A stretch of 64,000 nucleotides of DNA. It comes from Balanoglossus misakiensis (Eukaryota; Animalia; Hemichordata). A program made the translations under genes and the position numbers. The notes below the pieces were generated by a model that worked only from the letters and a program-made list of their open reading frames with translations, was not told the origin of the DNA and ran no database searches. Below are positions 40,340 to 47,882 of the stretch, one piece after another. The DNA lies in contig CM082577.2 in assembly GCA_040954595.2 (NCBI GenBank), positions 13,895,903 through 13,959,902 of the forward strand. Direction: 5' to 3'. Each line of letters opens with the position of its first letter. Position 1 is the first letter of the stretch.

Positions 40340-40743
40340 TAAAGTAATACTCGCCCTACTGGGGGGAGAATACTACTCGCGGTTAGCACCGGCTGTGTAT
40401 ATATTACCTACACAAAGCAGTCGATGCTGTTACTAACTATGACTAAAGACTTAACTATCTTAAACGCTATATAAAGGTGAGACAGAACTATACGAGAAAG
40501 CTTATAAGGATATTACTTACGTCTTGATCAGTATCAGGTACAATTCGGTCTATCGGATCTCCAGCTCGTCGGAACGGCGTGCTTTCCCCAGGTCCGCCCA
40601 CACTGCTGTTGGCCTCATCCATTGGTGTTGCCCCTGTCAGTCAGATCTCCGTGCTCCGCCTTCCACGGTCCTGGCTGGCTGTCGCCCTGGGCAACCGACT
40701 CCGGCTGCCAGTCATCCGGGGGTCCAAATGTAATTCCACTACA
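40340..40743 (-). repeat. Gypsy 3' LTR
   Basis: Only one substitution seen versus 51367-51770 (AACCGACT vs AACCTACT). Confidence 0.97.
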
Positions 40744-41046
40744 CTCGTCCTTCTTTTCTTTTTGGGAGATCCTCCCTGGGGCTATATGTCGGGTAATGGG
40801 AAGCCTGAAACGGTGGGGTTCCCTGGAAACGTTCGTCGGGCTGGTCCTGAAAATAAAAAGATCTCGGGTGGCTTGCCCGCGGAAGCGGGCACCAGAATAC
40901 TCTCTGATATTAGATTCCAGCCAGGGTGGCCGGATTGGGTTTTGTGGTTGTTTGGCATGTTTTTCCTCCGCCAGAAGCGGACGTTTGGGTAGGTTCTTCC
41001 TCCGTCAGTGACGGATATGTTTTGTTGACGGGTTTGCTTTGTTTCT

Positions 41047-43248
41047 TCAGGCCTGGTACAGACGGCGGGCGTTTTCGGCCGTCTGCGCCAACAGCTGGCG
41101 AGTCGAGGTATCTCGCAGTCTGGCGACCTCTAGTGCGACGTCCCCAAGGAAGGCAGGCGTATTCATACTCTGGGACTCCCACACGCGTCTGCTGGGCGAC
41201 TCGGTCTCCACTAAGATCCGGTCCTCCGGGATAGCCTGCATGGCTTCAATCTGTCGCTCATCAAACTGGCGGACGGCGGCCGAGAACCCAAAATAGGTCT
41301 CGGGGAAGTACCGCCGCCAGTCTCCCACGGTCTCCCTACATCCTCGGAAATCCTGGAGGTGGATCCGCTGGCTCTCGTCGCAGTGCCTGGTCATGGTTAG
41401 TAGTGTCCAGGCTGCCGTGTGTCGGTCATACCTGTCGTTGGAGGTTCCCCGGGCGGTGATGACTACCGGCCTCCTTCCCCGGTTCATAGTCAACAGGTCT
41501 TCGAAGACCCTATCTTGGTCTTCCCAGGTGGAGGGGTCTTCCGTCCGGTCGAGTCCAATGTCCCCTAGTGCGGCCACGTCTGGGCGTCTCAGGAGGTTAC
41601 CGAGGGTCTGGCGTTGATCCTTGGTCAGGTTTGGTGCCACTCGTGGGTTAACTCCCAGGGCTATTGGAAAATCTTGTTCCTCCGGCAGCGGGTCCGGGTA
41701 CCGATCCGGCTCAGAGAATACTTGTAGCCCTCCGAGGAGCCGGATTCGATAGTCTGGAAGGACACCAACATCGAAGTCAGTGAGGTCTTGTGGATTTGTT
41801 GGAGCGTCCTCCACTCTACATGTCTCGGCGCAAGCCTGGGGGTAGAAACATGCGTCTATTCCCCCGGGTATGGATGGGTCCCGGGCTGCTGTTTCGGATG
41901 GCTGTGTCCGGGTTGCTGCAGGTCTCCGGGGCGGCTGGATCCTCCAGAATTCGTCTTGCCGTGCTCGTGATACCCATCTAAGCAGCACGCTCAGCACGCG
42001 CCAGTGGATGAGGATTGCTGGCGTGGTGGGGGGGTTCAGCGGGAACTTGTTGGGTACTTCCCACCCCTGAAACACACATAGACGCTTCATCATAACGATG
42101 CTCTCGGGTGAGCACAGGGATTCCGATGGGATTTTTCCGGGTCCACCCCTACGAATAAACAGATCCAGCAGGTCGGGTATCTCTCTCCCGGGACCACATA
42201 GCCAGTAGGTCAACTTCTCTAAAGCCTCCACCGCGTCCCGCTCGCGGAATACCTGTGGCCTCTCAGCAAACAGTTCGGGAAGATGACGGTGGAATACATG
42301 CTTTTTCAACTTCCGTGTTGACGCCCGGCATCCCGGGAATGGACATGGAGAGGGGCCATACGAGAAGCGTGGACCAGGGGGTGGGGAGTTTTTTCGGGTC
42401 GGCCCGGTGCTCCTCCATCGGTGTTCGGTCTGTCTGGGCGGTTCCGGCGCTGGATACCGGATAGGTGAACGACGCCTGGGGCTGAGGTCTCCCCAGCGCA
42501 AATGGGATGGTCGTTCGCGGGAAGGCGGGCGGTCCCGCCTCTCCTCTCTAGCACGACCCGGTCGAGGCGACCGGGTTGGGGATCTGGACCTAGTGGGGAA
42601 TCCAAGAAATTCCCGGAGATCCGAGGGGATATTGATCTCCCCCATCTCCAACATCTCCTCCGACGTTATAGGTCGGATCGGTAGCTGCAGCGGCAGCGTC
42701 TCATGGCGTGGGGGTGGTGGCTCCTGTAGAAATGGCCTGCTACCTTCTGCTCTTGGGGGTGGTTCTGGCCCCTCCAACACCTCCATTGCCTGGTCTTCGT
42801 CGCCACCAAGCACCTGTCTCTCCTGCTGTGGGTCCGGAAAGATGCTCAGGGTTTCTTCCTGGTCGTCAGCTGCGGTGGTGGTTCTGGGGAGCTCTCGCAT
42901 AGACAGACTGCCGACGAACCCTCCCCGTACTCGGCCTAGGTTGAACTCCCGAGGTACTGTGGTTTTCGGGACGGTGGGGCGACTCCTCATGGCTTCGTCG
43001 GGCGTGGGCAGATGGGTGTTAACCTTCTCCTCCCCGTAGATCCGGATGGCCTCCTCCCGGGTGATGGACATACATCCCACGTCCCCAATCACGGCGGCCA
43101 CCTGAAAGTGCTCGCGGAGCATATCGAACATCGTTGTCTCGTCCACGCCGAGGTCTCTCAACCGGGGGATCACACTGATGGGGTCCAAGAGTTTCCCCTT
43201 GCCACATCTGAAACGGATGTCCTCCAGTTGACGTTGATTTGAATCCAT
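41047..43248 (-). CDS. Gypsy ORF3: Pro/Arg-rich region, C2H2-like finger, C-terminal TatD-fold domain (probably inactive)
   Basis: Intact ORF from ATG 43248. CPFPGC..12..HVFHRH; TatD-like motifs LGVNP, ALGDIGLDRT, RPVVITARG, IHLQDFRG, FGFS, IPEDRILVETESP, NTPAFLGDVA, TAENARRLY. Confidence 0.85.
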   Translation of the reverse strand: MDSNQRQLEDIRFRCGKGKLLDPISVIPRLRDLGVDETTMFDMLREHFQVAAVIGDVGCMSITREEAIRIYGEEKVNTHLPTPDEAMRSRPTVPKTTVPREFNLGRVRGGFVGSLSMRELPRTTTAADDQEETLSIFPDPQQERQVLGGDEDQAMEVLEGPEPPPRAEGSRPFLQEPPPPRHETLPLQLPIRPITSEEMLEMGEINIPSDLREFLGFPTRSRSPTRSPRPGRAREERRDRPPSRERPSHLRWGDLSPRRRSPIRYPAPEPPRQTEHRWRSTGPTRKNSPPPGPRFSYGPSPCPFPGCRASTRKLKKHVFHRHLPELFAERPQVFRERDAVEALEKLTYWLCGPGREIPDLLDLFIRRGGPGKIPSESLCSPESIVMMKRLCVFQGWEVPNKFPLNPPTTPAILIHWRVLSVLLRWVSRARQDEFWRIQPPRRPAATRTQPSETAARDPSIPGGIDACFYPQACAETCRVEDAPTNPQDLTDFDVGVLPDYRIRLLGGLQVFSEPDRYPDPLPEEQDFPIALGVNPRVAPNLTKDQRQTLGNLLRRPDVAALGDIGLDRTEDPSTWEDQDRVFEDLLTMNRGRRPVVITARGTSNDRYDRHTAAWTLLTMTRHCDESQRIHLQDFRGCRETVGDWRRYFPETYFGFSAAVRQFDERQIEAMQAIPEDRILVETESPSRRVWESQSMNTPAFLGDVALEVARLRDTSTRQLLAQTAENARRLYQA

Positions 43249-43249
43249 T

Positions 43250-43293
43250 CTGGGGGGGGGCAAAAAGAAAAGAAAGAAAATTAACGGTTAGTG
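43250..43293 (-). promoter_or_regulatory. Splice acceptor for ORF3 (branch point, polypyrimidine tract, CAG)
   Basis: Minus strand CACTAAC (43293-43287), then a ~30-nt T/C tract, then CAG|A ATG. Confidence 0.75.
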
Positions 43294-43358
43294 GGTCCTC
43301 GTCGGTAACGAGTCATAGTCCTACCCGATGGCAATTTCCCCTTTTTCCCTCTGTTCCC

Positions 43359-46300
43359 CTACTCATCGGTTCCCTCCCCCACGCAGTTCGGACAGTGAAA
43401 GGGGTCTGTCGATTTGACCTGTTTTGGGGAGAGATTGACGCAGGTGCTGTGAAACCAGTCGTAACAGCTGTCACACTGGACCATCAGCTTCCCGGTGTCC
43501 GGCCCACGGCAGACGCAGTATGTCTGCCCCCGGTCTTTGTCCTGCGCGTCAGGATCCCCACCCTTCAAGGGTAGTGACCTCTTGAATTTAACTATCCAGC
43601 TGGGCAGTTGCGCGTCCCTGCACAGCTTCATTCTGTCGTGGTTTGCGGTGGCGATGCGTCTCGGAAATTTCACCCGATACAAGTATGGCGATAGTTTCGC
43701 TATCACTACTCCTGGTCCCTTCCATGGTGGGCTTAGTTTTTTACATTTCCCTCTCACGGTCGCTGAGTCCAGAAGGTAGACGGGGTCTCCGACTTCATAT
43801 GAACTGAGACGTGCCTTCAAGTCGTAATCTCGCTTCATTCTTTCCTGGGTGACATGTAGTTTTTCCCGAGCGAGTTCATGGGCTTCCTTCATGGCGCTTC
43901 CCAAGTTGCTCGCATATTCTTCAGGGTCTTGGGCTGGCGCTGGTTTCCCGAAGACCAGGTCGGCCGGTTGGTTCACTTCCCGCCCCAGCATAAGGCGATT
44001 AGGTGTGAATCCGGTATTTCGGTTTACGGAGGTCCGAATGGCTCCGGCGATTTGGGGTAGGAATTTGTCCCACTCGTTCTGTTTGCCCTGGACGAAACAG
44101 CGAACTGCATCCATGAGGGTCCGGTTTTGCCGTTCCACCTGGCCGTTCGCGGACGGGCGGTACGGCGTGGTCCTAGCCTTGTGTATTTGGAGCAATTCGC
44201 ATACTGACTGGAACAGTTGACTTTCGAAATTACTGCCTCTATCGGTGAATATCTCGAATGGACATCCGAATCGAGAAAAGAATTCCCCCACGGCTGCCGT
44301 AGCGGTCGCCTCTGCCGTTTGGCTAGGTAGTGGAATGCACTCTACCCATTTGGTGAATTGGTCGACCATGACTAGGATGTATTCGTTTTTTCGGGGTGTC
44401 TGGGGCAGTGGTCCAAGGAAATCCAGGTGTACCCTTTCCATTGGCGATCCCACGTGGTACCGGGTCAGGGGGCACCTTGCATACCGCTGTGGTTTCTTGT
44501 GCTTGTTGCAATCGTGGCATGAGGCTACGTAGCTGCGGACATCATCTGCCATCCGAGGCCAGTGGTACTTCATCTGGAGTCTGGCCAGCGTCCGTTGTAC
44601 GCCTTGGTGTCCTGCTGAGGGGATCGCATGGTTCAGTTCAATTACCTCCGGTACCATTGTTCTGGGGATGACCAGTTTCCCTTCGCCCTCGTCCGTGGCT
44701 TTCCTCCGGAGTACTGGCATCTTCGGGTCCACGTAATATATTTCGCGGTTTATCCAGGCATTTTTTGCGGCGGGGCTGAGTAGGGCCAATGTGCTTTCTG
44801 CGGGAGTTTGGCCAGTATCCAGCCATTCCAATATCGGCCGTAGATCGGCATCTTCCCGCTGTCGTCGGTATATGGTGTCCAGGGTTTCCCGCCACGGCGT
44901 CTCGATTTCTGGCGAGCTGCTCCTAGTCACAGTGCATATCTTAGGGTCCGCCTGTGTATCTTCACCGGAGGAGGTGTCCTCTTCCCTGAAGTCTATTCCG
45001 ATTGACTTTAGTATTTCGTTGAAATCGAATCCTTCCCCAGGGTCCTCCGGGGGGTCTGCGAGGTGGTCATTCGCCTCGTCGTCTTCGTTGCCTAGGTTTA
45101 CCGCGCAGACGTCTTGTCTTATGTCTTTGGATGGTTGTGAGGCTAACGGTATTATTTCGTCTACCTTGGTGACGAAGTCTCCCCAATTTCTGTGCGCTCG
45201 TTGGCAATAATCACAGCCGCCGCAGGGAAGTTCGTCCGGCGTAACGTTGTGACAGTAGTGTCGGCACTGCCCCTGCGGTTCGATTCGAGATAGGGCATCA
45301 GCGTTGAGGTGTTTGTTCCCAGGCCTATGCTGAACCGTCATGTTGTACTGGCTAAGTTCCTCCAACCAACGGGCCAATTGTCCTTGGGGTTCTTTAAACC
45401 TCAGCAGCCAGGCCAGACTGCTGTGGTCCGTCCGTATTATGAAATGGTTCCCCAGCAGGTAGTGTCGAAATAACCGGGTAAATCGTACTACCGCTAGGAG
45501 TTCCTTTCGGGTCGTGCAGTACCTTGTTTGTTCAGGTGTTAGTGCGAAGCTGGCGTACGCGATTACTCGCTCCTCTCCATCCTGCACCTGGAGAAGTTCC
45601 GCTCCCACGGCAATGTCTGATGCGTCCGTGTCCAATATGAACGGGTCTTTTGGGTTTGGTAATGTGAGTACCGGCGCTGATGTTAAGCGATCTTTTAACG
45701 CTTCGAAGGCCAGCTGTTGCTCTTCGCCCCACTTGAAAGGCTTTTTTCCCGTAACTGCATACAGCGGGGCGGCCAACTTGGCATGATCCTTTATAAACGA
45801 GCGGTGATAGTTGGCTAAGCCTGCGAAACGTTCCACCTCCTTGGTGTTTTTTGGCGTCGGCCAGTTGCGCACTGCGTCAACGGAACGCGGGTCCAGTCCT
45901 ATTTTTCCTTTACGGACGATCCGCCCCAGGAATTCCACTTCCGTCTGAAACAGTTCACACTTGCGGGGGCGTAGTTTCAACCTGTATTCCCGGATCCGGG
46001 TGAACACGTCCCGCAGATTCTGGAGATGGTCAGCAAAGTCCGCCCCAAGTACCATGATGTCGTCTAAGAATGCAAGTACTACCTCCCATGTCAGCCCACG
46101 CAGCACCAGATTCATGGCTCGCGAGTATGTGGCGGGGGCGTTGCACAGGCCGAAGGGCATGCGGGCGAATTCAAACAGTCCGTACTTTGTGGTAAAGGCG
46201 GTCTTCTTGCGGTCATCTTTGTCCACTTCTATTTGCCAGTACGCTGAATTGGCATCTAGTTTCGAGAACCATTCGTTCCCGGCCAGCGTGTCCATGCAGT

Positions 46301-47882
46301 CCTCTATCAGCGGCAGGGGGAATACGTCTTTACGGGTCACGTTGTTCAGCGCCCGATAGTCGACGCACCAGCGGACGGTCCCGTCCCTTTTCCTTACCAA
46401 TACCGGCGCCGATGCCCATTCCGATGTTGAGGGTTGGATTACCCCTGACCGTAACATTTTCTTGAGATGGGCTTCCTCCTCCCCCGCAAAACGCAGTGGG
46501 GTTCGGCGCATCCTCTGTTTCACTGGTCGTGCATCCCCTGTATCGATACCGTGCGCAAGGGCTGTGAAGTTCCCCAGGTCGTATTCATTTGCAGCAAAGA
46601 CATCCTGGAACTCGATAAGTAGCTCTTTCATTTCCAGTGACTGGTTCTCCGTCAAGTTGGCTGCTGATTTCTCGGCCAACTCCCTCAAGTGATCTGGGAG
46701 CTCGTCTTCGCCATGTGGTGAAGCTTCCGTGAGTAGTTCAACCTCGCTGACTGTGCCTGTGGTGATTTCGATATCTTTGGTTAATGTCCGAAGAAGCTTT
46801 CCCCCGACTGCTGTTGCCACTACTGTTCCCGGCGGTATGGTGACATTGTCATCGGTCGGGTTTATTAAACAGATGATTGGGGGCTGCCCCTTTTTACAGA
46901 ATGTCCGGGGCATAATGACGTCCTCTAGTTTCACTGGCTCCACTATATAGTCGGGCATGTCCATGTCGATTGTCCCTGTCACCCTGGTCACGGAGTTCGG
47001 AGACAGGATAGTGCGAGGAGTGACTGATATGTTAGCCACGTGCGCTACAGCGGTCTGGTCCCCTTGCAGCAACGGGACCCGCTGTTCTCCCACCTGGAGG
47101 GTGTTTTCCCTCATGTCGAGGATGACCTGCTTGGATCGAAGTTGGTCGACTCCCAGCAGCATGGTGTCGCCTATGGGGCCCACATATATATTTTCTCGAA
47201 AGGCAGTGCTCCCTAACTTCAGGTTCACTGGTCCAATTTTGAATCCTCTCATGGACGAGTCTCTTCCGGCTAGTTGTACTTTGACATCGTGTATTATAGG
47301 CGGTTTTGGCTCTAGGGTGTCATACAGCCTGTCGGAAATTATTGTTATTTCTGCGGCCGTGTCTAGGACGGCGAGAACCTCGGTCCCCTCGACTTCTACG
47401 GTGACTTTGTACATTGAACTTGGGGTGATTTTACGGATGGTCACGCTGGGGGGAGCGGTGGTGTCGCTTTGGTGGCTCAGCTCGATAGACATCGCCGGTT
47501 TGGGCAGCTGATCGCCGTCACTGGCTGGCTCGTTCTCCGAGTTTTCGATCAGCACCTCTTCCCGGTTGACGAGATATAACAGCTCCCTCTCTGAGTTCTC
47601 TTCCAGCGCTTCAGTAGTCACTGCCCCGAGTTCCTCAAATTGTCCAAGTTCGCCATCGGTTGCGTCTCCGTCCGAGCCCTCTTCTGATTCGGAATCAGTT
47701 CCCGGTGGACATACCGGGGGTAAGTCGGCATTGTTGGCAGACGGATTACGGCTCCCGGTGGCTCTGTCTATAATGTTCTTTTCGTCTTCCCCCACTGGCT
47801 CCCCATCTGCGTTCCTCATAAGGCCAATTCCGGTGACTTGGGTCGGGCTTAGGCCTCTTTGACCGACCCGTTCCGGTTTAAC
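43359..47882 (-). CDS. pol: Gypsy Pol: protease, RT, RNase H, integrase with C-terminal PHD finger
   Basis: LDTAA, CVDYRALN, LDANSAYWQ, MPFGLCNAP, FLDD, DTDAS, TDHSSL, H..H..CHDC, DFLGP, TDRGSNF, NGQVER; C4HC3 YCVC...CDSCYDWFHSTC...CPNC. The frame stays open up to the slippery site at 47876-47882. Confidence 0.95.
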   Translation of the reverse strand, partial: VKPERVGQRGLSPTQVTGIGLMRNADGEPVGEDEKNIIDRATGSRNPSANNADLPPVCPPGTDSESEEGSDGDATDGELGQFEELGAVTTEALEENSERELLYLVNREEVLIENSENEPASDGDQLPKPAMSIELSHQSDTTAPPSVTIRKITPSSMYKVTVEVEGTEVLAVLDTAAEITIISDRLYDTLEPKPPIIHDVKVQLAGRDSSMRGFKIGPVNLKLGSTAFRENIYVGPIGDTMLLGVDQLRSKQVILDMRENTLQVGEQRVPLLQGDQTAVAHVANISVTPRTILSPNSVTRVTGTIDMDMPDYIVEPVKLEDVIMPRTFCKKGQPPIICLINPTDDNVTIPPGTVVATAVGGKLLRTLTKDIEITTGTVSEVELLTEASPHGEDELPDHLRELAEKSAANLTENQSLEMKELLIEFQDVFAANEYDLGNFTALAHGIDTGDARPVKQRMRRTPLRFAGEEEAHLKKMLRSGVIQPSTSEWASAPVLVRKRDGTVRWCVDYRALNNVTRKDVFPLPLIEDCMDTLAGNEWFSKLDANSAYWQIEVDKDDRKKTAFTTKYGLFEFARMPFGLCNAPATYSRAMNLVLRGLTWEVVLAFLDDIMVLGADFADHLQNLRDVFTRIREYRLKLRPRKCELFQTEVEFLGRIVRKGKIGLDPRSVDAVRNWPTPKNTKEVERFAGLANYHRSFIKDHAKLAAPLYAVTGKKPFKWGEEQQLAFEALKDRLTSAPVLTLPNPKDPFILDTDASDIAVGAELLQVQDGEERVIAYASFALTPEQTRYCTTRKELLAVVRFTRLFRHYLLGNHFIIRTDHSSLAWLLRFKEPQGQLARWLEELSQYNMTVQHRPGNKHLNADALSRIEPQGQCRHYCHNVTPDELPCGGCDYCQRAHRNWGDFVTKVDEIIPLASQPSKDIRQDVCAVNLGNEDDEANDHLADPPEDPGEGFDFNEILKSIGIDFREEDTSSGEDTQADPKICTVTRSSSPEIETPWRETLDTIYRRQREDADLRPILEWLDTGQTPAESTLALLSPAAKNAWINREIYYVDPKMPVLRRKATDEGEGKLVIPRTMVPEVIELNHAIPSAGHQGVQRTLARLQMKYHWPRMADDVRSYVASCHDCNKHKKPQRYARCPLTRYHVGSPMERVHLDFLGPLPQTPRKNEYILVMVDQFTKWVECIPLPSQTAEATATAAVGEFFSRFGCPFEIFTDRGSNFESQLFQSVCELLQIHKARTTPYRPSANGQVERQNRTLMDAVRCFVQGKQNEWDKFLPQIAGAIRTSVNRNTGFTPNRLMLGREVNQPADLVFGKPAPAQDPEEYASNLGSAMKEAHELAREKLHVTQERMKRDYDLKARLSSYEVGDPVYLLDSATVRGKCKKLSPPWKGPGVVIAKLSPYLYRVKFPRRIATANHDRMKLCRDAQLPSWIVKFKRSLPLKGGDPDAQDKDRGQTYCVCRGPDTGKLMVQCDSCYDWFHSTCVNLSPKQVKSTDPFHCPNCVGEGTDE
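47840..47882 (-). promoter_or_regulatory. Putative -1 ribosomal frameshift signal (gag to pol)
   Basis: G TTA AAC in the gag frame, 6-nt spacer, 7-bp stem GGGTCGG/CCGACCC. Pol is in the -1 frame and opens one codon upstream. Confidence 0.75.

Noticed and set aside
41047-43263. ORF3 as an envelope gene or a host/bacterial tatD contaminant
   Set aside because: No signal peptide or TM segment is evident, and it lies between pol and the PPT inside matched LTRs with a TSD.
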